DNA of 64,000 bases from an uncultured Desulfosarcina sp. (GCA_963674945.2 CAXXWQ010000002.1:512001-576000); one strand, 5' to 3'. Shown: positions 18,995 to 30,078, numbered from the stretch's first letter. Translations and numbers: made by a program. The notes: generated by a model from the letters alone, not told the origin.

Positions 18995-21145
18995 ATGAAG
19001 AGATCCGCAAACAGCAGCACCGGCCATCGCCGCCGATACCCACCGAGGCGCAGACCCGGTGAAAAAAGCGGCCATGACCGGGCAGACATCTCTCCCGGCG
19101 CACATCCTCATCTCAAGGCCGTCTTTTCGGGTATCGGTGTCCCCAAAAACAGGCCCTTTGCCCCGGATCGGTTCCAGGTCGAGGCCGTGACCGCAATGAC
19201 GGCGTCCGACTGCCTGGTGACCGCCCCCACCGGCGCCGGTAAGACATGGATTGCCGTGCAGACCATTCGCAGGACCTTTGAAAACGGCGGACGGTCATGG
19301 TACGCCTCTCCCCTCAAGGCCCTCACCAATGCCAAGCTCATGGAATTTTCGGCCATCTTCGGACCGGAGAATGTGGGCATCCTCACCGGTGATCGCAAGG
19401 AGCGGCCGGATGCGCCCGTCATCGTGGGGACCACCGAGATACTGAGAAATCAGCTTTACGACGCCATGCACCAGGGTGTCTTCTTGAACACCGATCTCGT
19501 GGTGCTGGACGAAGCCCATTTTTTGGGCGACGAGGATCGCGGCGTGGTGTGGGAAGAGACAATGATCTACCTGCCGTCACGCATTCCGTTGCTTCTTCTT
19601 TCGGCAACGGTGGGAAACGCCGGGGAAATTGCCCGCTGGCTGACAACGATCCGGGCTCGCCCATGCCAGGTGGTGGTCGAGACCAGCAGACCGGTACCCC
19701 TCTATCCGTTGGTGTTTCATCCGTCGGGAACGTTGCTTCCCCTCATGGCCAAAGGGGGAAAGGGCGCCAAGACGCTCCATAAAAAGGTTGCGGAGATGAT
19801 CGGGAAAAAGAATGATGCAACCTTGCCCGGACGGCGGGGCCTTCCTCCCTTCGGTGATATCCTCCGGGTACTCAAGTCATTCGATCTTTTGCCGGCCATC
19901 TTCTTTTTGAAGAGCCGCAGCGATTGCGACAACGCCCTGAAGCTGAGCCACGGCGCCGTTCCTCTTTCCGACGACCGGAAGGCACGGATCTTTTATCGGG
20001 TGCGGCAGCTTACCGAAAACTCCGAGCACCTCGCCCGGCACCGCCATCGCATTCACCTGGAACAGGCCGGTGTCGGCGCCCACCACAGCGGCCATCTGCC
20101 CGGATGGAAGTTGGTGGTGGAAAACTTGATGAGCGAGGGGTTGCTCAGCGCCGTATTTGCCACTTCCACGGTTGCCGCGGGGGTCAACTTCCCGGCCCGT
20201 ACGGTGGTTTTTTTTAATTCAGACCGGTTCAACGGCGCAGAGTTCGTTCCCCTGGACGCCACACAACTACACCAAATGACCGGCCGTGCCGGCCGTCGGG
20301 GAAAGGACAAGATCGGTTTCGCCCTGGCCGTTCCCGGTCGCTACATGGATCTGCGCCTGGTGGCCCGTCTTCTCTCCTCCCGGCCGGAAAACATCCACAG
20401 CCGTATCCGTATCAATTTTTCCATGGTCCTGAACCTCCTTTTATCCCATTCGCCCCCGCAGGTGGAAGAACTTCTCAAGCGTTCCTTCGCCACCTGGCTC
20501 CTCGTCGCCCAGTTCGAGGACAGCCGTCGAAAAAGCAGGATGGCAGGCGTTCACGAAGTACTCTGGGAAGACTTTCTCCACCATCTGGATTTTCTCAAGG
20601 AGACCGGTTTCGTGGACGATGAAGACCGGCTCACCGAAGACGGCATCTGGGCATCCCAGCTTCGGGTGGACCAGCCGATTCTCGTGGCCGAATGCCTTCG
20701 AAAGGGGCTCTTGCCCGACACGGATCCGGCGCAGATGGCCGGTGTATTTGCATGTTTCGTCAATGAAAAAGAAACCGATGATCGCATGGAGGGACGATTG
20801 GTGCCAAACCGGCTGAAAAAGACGGTCGGCCGTATCCAGAAAAAGTTGTCCGGCTTTTCCCGTCACATGAAATCCAGAGGGTTCGAGGTTCGTCCGTTTT
20901 ACCTGCGGCCTGCGGCGATGACCCATGCCTGGGCCGCCGGCGTCCCCTGGGAGGTGATCACCAGGGATTATGGCATGGCCGAGGGGAATCTGGCCATGCT
21001 GATGATGCGTACCGCCGACAATCTCCGCCACACGGCAAACCTCGTGGACGTCTTTCCCGATGCGGCCGCCACGGCCCGCCAGGCCATCGATCTGATCATG
21101 CGTCCACCGGTGGTGGAAGAAGATCGTCTTGACGAGCCCGATTGA
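18995..21145 (+). CDS. Ski2/HelY-like DEAH-box helicase
   Basis: APTGAGKT, SPLKAL, DEAH, SAT, ATSTVAAGVNFPA, QMTGRAGRRG. Start codon uncertain. Confidence 0.9.
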   Translation: MKRSANSSTGHRRRYPPRRRPGEKSGHDRADISPGAHPHLKAVFSGIGVPKNRPFAPDRFQVEAVTAMTASDCLVTAPTGAGKTWIAVQTIRRTFENGGRSWYASPLKALTNAKLMEFSAIFGPENVGILTGDRKERPDAPVIVGTTEILRNQLYDAMHQGVFLNTDLVVLDEAHFLGDEDRGVVWEETMIYLPSRIPLLLLSATVGNAGEIARWLTTIRARPCQVVVETSRPVPLYPLVFHPSGTLLPLMAKGGKGAKTLHKKVAEMIGKKNDATLPGRRGLPPFGDILRVLKSFDLLPAIFFLKSRSDCDNALKLSHGAVPLSDDRKARIFYRVRQLTENSEHLARHRHRIHLEQAGVGAHHSGHLPGWKLVVENLMSEGLLSAVFATSTVAAGVNFPARTVVFFNSDRFNGAEFVPLDATQLHQMTGRAGRRGKDKIGFALAVPGRYMDLRLVARLLSSRPENIHSRIRINFSMVLNLLLSHSPPQVEELLKRSFATWLLVAQFEDSRRKSRMAGVHEVLWEDFLHHLDFLKETGFVDDEDRLTEDGIWASQLRVDQPILVAECLRKGLLPDTDPAQMAGVFACFVNEKETDDRMEGRLVPNRLKKTVGRIQKKLSGFSRHMKSRGFEVRPFYLRPAAMTHAWAAGVPWEVITRDYGMAEGNLAMLMMRTADNLRHTANLVDVFPDAAATARQAIDLIMRPPVVEEDRLDEPD

Positions 21146-21272
21146 AACGGCTGGATCCAGACCCCATAGCAAGGCGGAAAACGACGGGAAAGCGGCGCAT
21201 GTGTGATTACATGTGCGTATTCTGCGTCGTTTTCCAACGCCGTTAGGGGAATGACGGGTTTTTCAACCGGGC

Positions 21273-22124
21273 TCAAAGGGAACTGAACAGTCGCTTGGCC
21301 ATATTCAGGTTCGCCTGAAACATGGACATCAACTCTTTCATGTCCTGTTCCGAAATGCCGAAACGGTCGAAGATTTCATCGTACATGCGATAGGCCAGGC
21401 AATCGACACCGATATGTACACATGCCATGCGAGACACCGTGTCCGTGGTATAGATGATTGCGGCATCGAGGTGCTCTTTGGCTACTGCGTTTCCCAGGTG
21501 ATGGTTTTCGATGAGAAAAACCATTTTGGGACTGAAAAGCCATTTTTTTGCGATTAATCCTCCCAAACAGGCATGGTCGATACCGAGAACCTGTTTTTCC
21601 GCCTCGTCGAAGCTGCATCCCTTTTTTTCCACGAGGGCGGTGATCTTCGATCGAGCCCTTCCCACATAACCTTCGATGACCACCTTGCCGATATCCTTTA
21701 ACAGCGCAGCGGTGTAGATGAGGTATTTGTCCGTATTGGGGCAATTGGCTTCTGCAAAGGACTTGGCCAGCATTGCCGAAGCCATGCTGTAGGTCCACAG
21801 ATCGCCTGCTTTCAGGTCGTATCCCTTTTGTGCACTGGACATACTCTTGCCGAAACTGCCGATCAACGCCAGCTCCACGACCCGGTCTATTCCCAACAGG
21901 TTCACGGCATGGTTGACAGAATCCACATGCACGGCAAGGCTATAGAACGCACTGTTGCACAGCTTCAATACGTTTGCCGTCAATATCGTATCGCATTCGA
22001 CCATTTCGGCCAGATCCGTGATGGATCCGTTGGGATCGTTTGCCATTTCCATAATCCGGTGGGTCACCTTGGATATTGGGGTCAGGTTATCAATATCTTT
22101 TAAGATTTGATCAATCTTTTTCAT
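21273..22124 (-). CDS. HDOD domain signalling protein
   Basis: LTANVLKLCNSAFY, ALLKDIGK, EKQVLGIDHA, IENHH. Confidence 0.9.
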   Translation of the reverse strand: MKKIDQILKDIDNLTPISKVTHRIMEMANDPNGSITDLAEMVECDTILTANVLKLCNSAFYSLAVHVDSVNHAVNLLGIDRVVELALIGSFGKSMSSAQKGYDLKAGDLWTYSMASAMLAKSFAEANCPNTDKYLIYTAALLKDIGKVVIEGYVGRARSKITALVEKKGCSFDEAEKQVLGIDHACLGGLIAKKWLFSPKMVFLIENHHLGNAVAKEHLDAAIIYTTDTVSRMACVHIGVDCLAYRMYDEIFDRFGISEQDMKELMSMFQANLNMAKRLFSSL

Positions 22125-22566
22125 CACCAAAAGATCTCCGTTTGTTCAGAGGAACGCAAAACCAAAAAAATCAAAAAGTAACAAGCAAAAAAAATACCAC
22201 ATCCCATGACAATGGGCCAAAGAATGATCCACATTGTCCTGTTTATCCAGGAAATGGTAGCTTCTTTACCTCATTCAATCATGAAAGCGTTTCCGTTTTC
22301 ACGTGCCGCAGGTCGGTATACTTTTATGTCAAACAAGATGCGAATCCTTCGCAACTGTTACAATAATCACAAATCCAATGGTAAACCGCCGCCGACACCA
22401 GATCCGTCGGTATGAAATGCGAATTTCTTATAAAAGGAGGCACTGTCATGCATAGGATAAAACACTTGCTATCTGTCACGGGTTTTGAAAAAACTCTTTT
22501 CATGCACTGCCTGTAAACGCAGGTCCCGATCTTTCAAGTTGTTGTAAGGCGCGATAGGAGGTTGCT

Positions 22567-24327
22567 GTGGTTGAGAGGATTCGTTTTGCCAGGTTGTTTC
22601 ACCGTCTTTGGATTTGTTGCTTCATGTGTCTGTTTACACCGCTTGTGTGCTATTCAGCGCCCCCCACCGTGGTCTCCGTTACCCCGGCGGATGAAACCGC
22701 AGGAATCTCTGTGAACACATCGATCACAATGCAGTTCGATCGGGAGATGGACACTGCCACCATTGAAATTGAACTGGAAAGCTCTTTCGGAGAGGATATT
22801 TCGGGAACCATGCGCTTTGCGAGCACTGTTTATCCCAATGATACCGCCATATTCACTCCAAATCAGGCGTTGGATACCAGTTTGGGATTTCATGTGCGTG
22901 TGGAGGATGCCCAGGACACATCGGGAAATGTTCTCCTGGGCCATGGCAATGCTTTTGAAACTGTGTTTTTTACGGAAGGCGCACCAGGGGACACTTCCCG
23001 CCCGAAGGTGATCAGCACCTATCCGTTCGACGGGCAAAAAGGGTGGGATTGGAATCGAATCCTGATTGTAATGGATAAGCCCCTAGACCCCTCAACCGTA
23101 AATCCTTCAACCTTGTCACTCACGGGGCCTGGAGACACGGGGTATTCCATCGAATACAATAGTGAGATGATTCAACTCATCGCCATCCGTGCCGATAACA
23201 CGTTAACGCCCGACTCTTCTTACACCGTGACAATGACAACGGGCTTGACCGATGCCCAAGGGCATTCGCTCTCCTCAAATTATGCCTTTACGTTCAATAC
23301 GGGGGAGATGGACACAACGCCGCCTTTCGTCGATCAGACCAAACCGGAAAATAATGCGACGAATCATGGTGTCTTTCACGAGGTCAGTGTTTACTTCTCG
23401 GAAAACATGGATCATTCGACAATTACCAGCAGCAGGATAATCGTCCATGATGAAACCGCCGGAGAGAATCAAGACATATACATGGATGATGTAAGCTGCG
23501 ACGGCAGCCGGACACACGTCAACCTCGTCCCGGCCAACCAGTACAACACATGGACCATTGGACATACCTACCGGGTTACCATCGATTCTGCCATTTCCGA
23601 TGCGGCGGGCAACGCCATGGGAGGCGACTACACCTTCCATTTCACCGTAGCGGATTTCGGTAACGAAGCCCCGGATATTTTTCTGCATGATATTATTGGG
23701 ATAACGCGAAGCGACGGCACAACGGCCATAGCGCTTGATGTGGAGTGCGATGATAACAATACAGTCGTCGTGCAGGATCTCACTCAATCCGGCAAACAAT
23801 GGAATCTGACAAGTGACGGTGACGACGAATATACCTATGAAACGCCTGATGGATTCGATGAAGGCCTGCAACCGGGCTATCACAACATTCTCGTCAAGGC
23901 CACCAACAACAGCAACGGTCTAAGCAGGAATTTGAATTGGCAGCTATACGTTTTCAATGCCTCTCCAACGTTAATCGCTCCTGCAAATGGAACAACCGTG
24001 ACCAAAAGCACACCCACGTTGCGATTTTCCACCGCAGGTATCAACGATGCCGCTTTTTACATGGCAACACTTTATGACGTTTCAGCAGACAAAGCGGTTT
24101 TCACGACCGCATTGTTTGAAACAGGGCAGACCGGCTACACCCTGACCATTCCGAAATCACGAGCCCTTGAAACCGAAACGCATTACGCGTGGCAGGTCAG
24201 AGGTTGTGATAATCATTATTGGCATATGGGCGAAGCCAGAAGTGGCATCTATGGGTTCGTGACGCCTGACAGCTTCAGGTTTTCGATCATTGCCCCAATA
24301 TTGGGGCTGCTGCTCGATGATGAATAA
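22567..24327 (+). CDS. Secreted protein with three Big_5/SbsA-like Ig repeats
   Basis: Signal peptide; repeats PTVVSVTP...FDREMD, PKVISTYP...MDKPLD, PFVDQTKP...FSENMD, each ending in a D..G(N/H)...F.F.T-like motif. Confidence 0.85.
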   Translation: MVERIRFARLFHRLWICCFMCLFTPLVCYSAPPTVVSVTPADETAGISVNTSITMQFDREMDTATIEIELESSFGEDISGTMRFASTVYPNDTAIFTPNQALDTSLGFHVRVEDAQDTSGNVLLGHGNAFETVFFTEGAPGDTSRPKVISTYPFDGQKGWDWNRILIVMDKPLDPSTVNPSTLSLTGPGDTGYSIEYNSEMIQLIAIRADNTLTPDSSYTVTMTTGLTDAQGHSLSSNYAFTFNTGEMDTTPPFVDQTKPENNATNHGVFHEVSVYFSENMDHSTITSSRIIVHDETAGENQDIYMDDVSCDGSRTHVNLVPANQYNTWTIGHTYRVTIDSAISDAAGNAMGGDYTFHFTVADFGNEAPDIFLHDIIGITRSDGTTAIALDVECDDNNTVVVQDLTQSGKQWNLTSDGDDEYTYETPDGFDEGLQPGYHNILVKATNNSNGLSRNLNWQLYVFNASPTLIAPANGTTVTKSTPTLRFSTAGINDAAFYMATLYDVSADKAVFTTALFETGQTGYTLTIPKSRALETETHYAWQVRGCDNHYWHMGEARSGIYGFVTPDSFRFSIIAPILGLLLDDE

Positions 24328-24366
24328 GGATGGGTGTTGGACCGTTACCTGAATTGCATTACCTGA

Positions 24367-25071
24367 TTGCATCCAAACACAGTTGAACTGGCCGGTGACA
24401 TTACCGTCATCGACGATCGAATCGCGGATGCGCTGCTCACCATACTCAAGCGCAAAGACCTTTCCGGAAAGCTTCGCGCGAGGGCCGCCATTACCATGGG
24501 GCCCGTACTGGAATATGTTGACATGGACGGATTCGACGATCCGGAGGACGTGAGCATTTCAAAGGAGATGTTTCACAAGATCCAAAATACCTTTCATACC
24601 CTTTATCAGGATCTGACGGTTCCCAAATACGTGCGACGACGGGTGCTGGAAGCGTCGGTTCGCGCACCCCAAAATTGGCACCACGAGGCGATCCGGTGGG
24701 CCTTTTCCAGCAATGATCCCGATTGGCGACTGACGGCGGTTTTTTCCATGCGATGGGTCCGCGGTTTCAACGACCAGATACTCCAAGCCCTTGAGAGCGA
24801 TGACCCGGACATTTACTACCAGGGCGTTTGCGCCGCGGGCAACTGGACATTGGATGGGGCGTGGTCACACGTATCAAAACTCGTCAAAGGGCGCGTTTCC
24901 GACAAAAGGCTTCTTCTGGCCGCCATTGAAGCCATCGCCAACATTCGTCCGCGAGAGGCGGCCATGCTGCTGCTGGATCTGACCGATGACGAGGACGACG
25001 ATATCGTCGAAGCGGCCCATGAGGCCCTGGTGATTGCCGAGGGGTTTGTGGATTTTGACGAGGATGTCTAA
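24367..25071 (+). CDS. HEAT-repeat-like protein, possibly 5'-truncated
   Basis: Helical repeats (VRRRVLEAS, WRLTAVFSM, LAAIEAIA, IVEAAHEAL); only a TTG start with no clear RBS. Confidence 0.65.
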   Translation: MHPNTVELAGDITVIDDRIADALLTILKRKDLSGKLRARAAITMGPVLEYVDMDGFDDPEDVSISKEMFHKIQNTFHTLYQDLTVPKYVRRRVLEASVRAPQNWHHEAIRWAFSSNDPDWRLTAVFSMRWVRGFNDQILQALESDDPDIYYQGVCAAGNWTLDGAWSHVSKLVKGRVSDKRLLLAAIEAIANIRPREAAMLLLDLTDDEDDDIVEAAHEALVIAEGFVDFDEDV

Positions 25072-25072
25072 T

Positions 25073-25217
25073 TTTGCCCATCCAGAAACGGCATCTCATG
25101 CCCCATGCCGGCGTTCTCGCTCCGCCGAAATCCTCAACGTAGCCCTGCTACGCCTCCGGTTTCAACGTCGCTGCGGCCTTGGCCTGGGCCATGATCTACC
25201 ATTTCTGGATGGACACT
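25073..25217 (+). repeat. Family A hybrid element (family A TIR plus the 3412-type core)
   Basis: GCCCATCCAGAAAC / ATTTCTGGATGGACACT ends; core TCCTCAACGTAGCCCTGCTACGCCTCCGG. Confidence 0.85.
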
Positions 25218-25306
25218 GACTCGTTTCTATCAAAAAAAAAGATTTTTATCCAAAGCCACAGATTTAATCGGGGGATGGCATCCGATATCTGCATTTTATC
25301 GTTCGC

Positions 25307-25873
25307 TCAATAGTATAGCGTCGCTTTTTCGCGATCCACCACGATTCGTTTTATTCCTTTGGGTAGTTCATACCAGTCCTTCGTCGTGCCCCAATTCTCT
25401 TTGTACATCAGTGCGGCGGTATGCAAGACGAGATCCAGCACCTGGGGCTCGACATTCTGGCCGTTCAACGTCAGAGAGACGAGATCGAGCCGTGCCGAGC
25501 CCTCACGGGTATGAAAGATTCCCTCGAATCCGAAATCGAGTTTTTTGCCGAGCAGTGTATCCAGAGTAAGCACTTTCGCATCGAATCCGACGTTTCCATG
25601 CACGTGGTTGTTGTCCAGCAGATTCACCCGCAGGCTGCTGATCATCGGTTTCTCTTCCTGTTTCAGGCGGTAGGCGATGTATGCGTTCAGTTCCTTTTCC
25701 GTCACTTCCGCGGATCGTGTCGCATCCTCCGATCGGGACGTTTGCCGCTCGATGGTCCTGAGGATGTGACCCACCTTCAGTGCATCCTTGGTATGTTCGT
25801 CGATATTACCGATCAGAGCCGCGGCTGAAATCAGTAAAAAAATCCATCCGCAGCCCTTGCAAACGGTTTTCAT
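25307..25873 (-). CDS. Hypothetical exported protein
   Basis: 188-aa ORF with N-terminal hydrophobic segment and GAAGGG RBS. Confidence 0.7.
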   Translation of the reverse strand: MKTVCKGCGWIFLLISAAALIGNIDEHTKDALKVGHILRTIERQTSRSEDATRSAEVTEKELNAYIAYRLKQEEKPMISSLRVNLLDNNHVHGNVGFDAKVLTLDTLLGKKLDFGFEGIFHTREGSARLDLVSLTLNGQNVEPQVLDLVLHTAALMYKENWGTTKDWYELPKGIKRIVVDREKATLYY

Positions 25874-26085
25874 ATCCCTTCACCCTTGGACGATGTTACG
25901 TGTTTGGAAAAAATCCTCGGCCCGATTCGCGGAAAAAACGCTTTCGAGTCACGATCCAATCATACTCCAATGGTGCAAAGGGTTCAAGGACGATAGGAAG
26001 GGGAAAAAGGGTTGAATTCAGGTGCACAGGTGGTAGAAAGGGCACCATATTGTTACAGATACAGCCGAATCATCCATAATAACCG

Positions 26086-29000
26086 ATGACCGAAACACAG
26101 AACCAGATCAAACATCTTCGAAACCAGCTCAAGCGGGTCATGCACGCCGATGCCATCACCTTGCGCAGGGAACTGGAACGGCTGGCACGTTCCCGCAACC
26201 GGCTGGCCGACGATGCGATCTCCCGGCGTCTTGCCCGTCTGACAAAACGGGTTCGAGACGCCGTGGAAAAAAGAACCCGTCGCATAAACGGGGTGCCGCG
26301 CTTTTCCGATTTACCCCATCTGCCCATCACCGGAGAAAAGGATCGCATCATCGGCGCCATCGCCAACCATCCGGTGGTGATTGTTTCCGGTGAGACCGGG
26401 TCCGGCAAGACCACCCAGATCCCCAAGTTCTGTCTGGCCGCGGGAAGGGGCATCGACGGCAAGATCGCCTGCACCCAGCCCCGGCGTATCGCCGCCACAA
26501 CGGTGGCCGCCCGCATTGCAGAGGAGTTGGGAGAGGCGTTGGGAAGATCGGTGGGGTACAAGATCCGGTTTCAGGATCGGTCCGATCCACAAGCCTTCAT
26601 CAAGGTGGTCACCGACGGTATTCTGCTTGCCGAGACCCAGGGTGATCCCTGGCTGAACGAGTACGACACCATCATCGTCGACGAGGCCCATGAGCGAAGC
26701 CTGAACATCGACTTCGTCCTAGGAATTCTCAAACGGCTGTCCCAGCGTCGCCGCAACCTCAAGCTGATCATCACCTCGGCCACCATCGATACGGAAAAGT
26801 TCTCCCGGGCCTTCGACGACGCACCGATTATCGAGGTCTCCGGGCGGCTCTATCCCGTGGAAACCCGGTATTTCGATACCGGCGAATCGGTAGAGGAGGA
26901 AGGTTCTTATGTCGATCTGGCCGTGCAGGCCGCCGATGGGCTCGTCGATGAGCGGGGCAGGGGAGATATCCTGGTCTTCATGCCCACCGAACAGGATATC
27001 CGGGAGACCTGCGAAACCCTGGGGGGAAGAAACTACCGGCACACGGATGTGATCCCTTTGTTCGCTCGGCTCGGTGCCGCAGCGCAGAAAAGGGTATTTG
27101 CCACCACGGTCAACCGCAAGATCATCGTGGCCACAAACGTGGCCGAAACCTCCATCACCATTCCCGGAATCAAATACGTGGTGGACACGGGACTGGCACG
27201 CATCTCCCAGTACATGCCCCAATCCCGGACCACGGCCTTGCCGGTGGTTCCCATCTCCCGAAGTTCCGCCGACCAGCGCAAGGGGCGGTGCGGTCGCGTC
27301 GAAGACGGCGTATGCGTCCGTCTCTACTCCGAGGAGGATTATCTCAACCGGCCTCTTTTTACCCAGCCGGAGATTCTTCGTTCCAACCTGGCGGAAGTCA
27401 TCTTGCGCATGATTTTCCTGGGGCTGGGTGAGATCGACGATTTCCCCTTCATCGACCGTCCCATGGACAAAAGCATCCGGGACGGCTTTACCCTTTTGCT
27501 GGAGCTGGGGGCCATCGTTCAAAATCCGACAAATGGCAAAAGGGGACAGCCATATCGATTGACGGAAAACGGAAGAATCATGGCGCGCATGCCCATCGAT
27601 CCGCGGCTTTCCCGCATGCTCATCGAGGCGAGAAAAGAAGGGTGCCTGGCCCCTATCGTCGTGATCGCCGCGGCCCTGAGTATCCAGGACGTGCGGGAGC
27701 GCCCCCTGGAAAAGGAGGCGTTGGCGGACCAGGCACAAAGGGTCTTTGTCGATCCGTTGTCCGATTTCGTGACCCTTCTCAACATCTGGCGGGCGATTTT
27801 CGATCAAAATGGACGGCCGGTCGGAATGGGTGAGCTGAAGCGATTTTGCATGAAACACTTTCTTTCGTTTCGCCGCATGCGTGAATGGCGGGATATCCAC
27901 GGCCAGATCGTCTCCATTGTGAGGGAGCTGTGGCCCGATGCCGGCGCCAAAGGTCCGGTCATGGTAGCCGGTCACGATGCCGGCCCCAGCGAAAAGGGAG
28001 GTTTTCACCCCCTGTACACCGCCATCCACCGCTGTGTGCTGAGCGGATTTTTGTCCAACATTGCCATGCAAAAGGAGAAGGTCTTCTTCCGGGCCACCAA
28101 GGATCGCGAGGTGATGATTTTTCCCGGTTCCGGCCTGTTCAAGAACCCGGGACCATGGATCGTGGCGGCGGAGATGGTAAAGACCTCCCGCCTTTTTGCA
28201 AGATGCGTTGCAGTTGTGGATCCGGCCTGGCTGGAGCCATTGGGGGGAGAACTTTGCAAGTCCACCAGGTCCGATCCCCACTGGTCGCGAAATCGTGGCG
28301 AGGTCGTGGCCAAAGAGCAGGTGACGCTGTTCGGGCTGCCCATCGTCACCGACCGGCAGGTGCCGTTCGGGCGGATTGATGCCGAGCTGGCGGCAGATCT
28401 CTTCGTCCGGTGCGCCCTGGTGGCACAGGATGTCAGACAGCCGCTTGCCTTCATGCGCCACAATGCCGAACTGGTAAAAGAGGTGCGCGGCATGGAGGAC
28501 CGTATCCGGCGCCGGGACATCCTCGTGGACGACGAAGCACTGGTGGACTTTTACAAAAAGCGGCTTCCCGGCGTTTTTGACCTGAGAACCCTCAAACACC
28601 GGATCAGGAGAAACGGGGGTGACCAATTTCTTCGTCTGGACAAAAAGATGCTGCTTCGCTACACGCCGGAACGTGAACTGCTGGACCAGTTTCCCAAACA
28701 GTTGGATCTGGGCCATCGGGTGCTGGATTGCGACTACGCCTTTGCACCCGGTCATGTCGCAGATGGCGTGACCGTCACGGTCCCTGCCGATGCCACCGGT
28801 GAAGTTTCCCGCGAGCATTTGGGCTGGCTGGTCCCCGGACTGCTGGAAGAGAAGATTACGACCCTGTTACGCGGTCTGGCCAAGCAGTATCGTGTTCAGC
28901 TCGTACCGGTGGCCGACACGGTGAGGATGATTGTCGATGAAATGCCCAAAGGAGAAGAGAGTCTTCCCACGGCCCTGAGTCGTTTTCTCTATACACGGCT

Positions 29001-30078
29001 GCAGGTGAATATCCCGGCGGCGGCCTGGCCCGTGGATGAATTGCCCGACCACTTGAAAATGCGGGTAACCATCACCGATGCCCATGGACGGGTTTTGGCC
29101 AGCGGCAGGGACGAATCCCTGCTCGATCAAAAGGCCGAGACACAAACCTTGCCAAAGGGAATGGAAGACCTTTTTCGGCAATGGGAGAAAGAGAACATCA
29201 CTCAGTGGGATTTCGGCGATCTTCCAGAAAGCCTTTCTTCAGAAGAAGGAGAGAAGGGGAAATGGTGCTTTTACCCACGACTGGAAGCCACCGAAGGGGG
29301 TGAGATCCAAATCAGGCTCTTCAGCGATCGAAAGGCCGCCGATGCAGCCCACCGAAAAGGGGTGATGGCGCTTTTATCCCGACATTTTGCCGACGATCTC
29401 AAGTTTCTTAAAAAGAACCTTGCGTTTCCCTCTCTCTTGAAAAAGCAGACCATCTACTTCAAGGGTCCGATCACCATTGAAAATCAGCTTTACCGGTGTG
29501 TCACCAAAGAGTTGTTCGAAGCTCTTCTACTCACGGAAAGGGAGTACCAAACGCATCTTCAATCCCTCTGCCAAATACGGGTCCACCAGCGTGGTCAGCG
29601 GCTGCGGCAGGCGGTCATCGCCGTCATCGAAGCCCACCACGCGGCCCGTTGCCGAGTTGCCGAAGTGAAACAGAAGCGCATTGCCGCACCCGTTGTGGGA
29701 CAATTTCTTACCAACCTCGAACAAGAGCTGGACCGTCTGGTACCCGATAATTTCGTGACACTGTACGACCGGCAACGTCTTACCCACGTCAAGCGATACC
29801 TGGATGCCCTGTCCATTCGTATCCAACGGGGCTTCGTGGATCTGGACAAGGATCGTGGCCGCCAGACACAGGTGGCGCCCTTCATCGAAGCACTGCAGAA
29901 AATGATGGCGGGAATGAACGAGACCACATCCGCGGAGAAGCGGACGGCGGTGGAAGAATTCTTCTGGATGATCGAAGAGTACAAGGTTTCCGTCTTCGCC
30001 CAGGAGGTCGGCACCGACGGTCCGGTTTCGGCCAAACGGCTTAGGAAGCTGATGGGCGAGATCGAAAGAATGATATAA
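26086..30078 (+). CDS. hrpA: ATP-dependent RNA helicase HrpA
   Basis: GETGSGKTTQ, TQPRRIAA, DEAHERS, ATNVAETSITIPG, QRKGRCGR, C-terminal WMIEEYKVSVFAQ. Confidence 0.97.
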   Translation: MTETQNQIKHLRNQLKRVMHADAITLRRELERLARSRNRLADDAISRRLARLTKRVRDAVEKRTRRINGVPRFSDLPHLPITGEKDRIIGAIANHPVVIVSGETGSGKTTQIPKFCLAAGRGIDGKIACTQPRRIAATTVAARIAEELGEALGRSVGYKIRFQDRSDPQAFIKVVTDGILLAETQGDPWLNEYDTIIVDEAHERSLNIDFVLGILKRLSQRRRNLKLIITSATIDTEKFSRAFDDAPIIEVSGRLYPVETRYFDTGESVEEEGSYVDLAVQAADGLVDERGRGDILVFMPTEQDIRETCETLGGRNYRHTDVIPLFARLGAAAQKRVFATTVNRKIIVATNVAETSITIPGIKYVVDTGLARISQYMPQSRTTALPVVPISRSSADQRKGRCGRVEDGVCVRLYSEEDYLNRPLFTQPEILRSNLAEVILRMIFLGLGEIDDFPFIDRPMDKSIRDGFTLLLELGAIVQNPTNGKRGQPYRLTENGRIMARMPIDPRLSRMLIEARKEGCLAPIVVIAAALSIQDVRERPLEKEALADQAQRVFVDPLSDFVTLLNIWRAIFDQNGRPVGMGELKRFCMKHFLSFRRMREWRDIHGQIVSIVRELWPDAGAKGPVMVAGHDAGPSEKGGFHPLYTAIHRCVLSGFLSNIAMQKEKVFFRATKDREVMIFPGSGLFKNPGPWIVAAEMVKTSRLFARCVAVVDPAWLEPLGGELCKSTRSDPHWSRNRGEVVAKEQVTLFGLPIVTDRQVPFGRIDAELAADLFVRCALVAQDVRQPLAFMRHNAELVKEVRGMEDRIRRRDILVDDEALVDFYKKRLPGVFDLRTLKHRIRRNGGDQFLRLDKKMLLRYTPERELLDQFPKQLDLGHRVLDCDYAFAPGHVADGVTVTVPADATGEVSREHLGWLVPGLLEEKITTLLRGLAKQYRVQLVPVADTVRMIVDEMPKGEESLPTALSRFLYTRLQVNIPAAAWPVDELPDHLKMRVTITDAHGRVLASGRDESLLDQKAETQTLPKGMEDLFRQWEKENITQWDFGDLPESLSSEEGEKGKWCFYPRLEATEGGEIQIRLFSDRKAADAAHRKGVMALLSRHFADDLKFLKKNLAFPSLLKKQTIYFKGPITIENQLYRCVTKELFEALLLTEREYQTHLQSLCQIRVHQRGQRLRQAVIAVIEAHHAARCRVAEVKQKRIAAPVVGQFLTNLEQELDRLVPDNFVTLYDRQRLTHVKRYLDALSIRIQRGFVDLDKDRGRQTQVAPFIEALQKMMAGMNETTSAEKRTAVEEFFWMIEEYKVSVFAQEVGTDGPVSAKRLRKLMGEIERMI

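Noticed and set aside
22438..22453. Sigma54-like GGCAC...TGCA
   Set aside because: GG-GC spacing is 9 nt rather than the required 10.
26719..28818. 699-aa ORF antisense to hrpA (and similar long antisense ORFs over ffh, nuoF and the TRAP permease)
   Set aside because: Expected shadow frames in GC-rich coding DNA.
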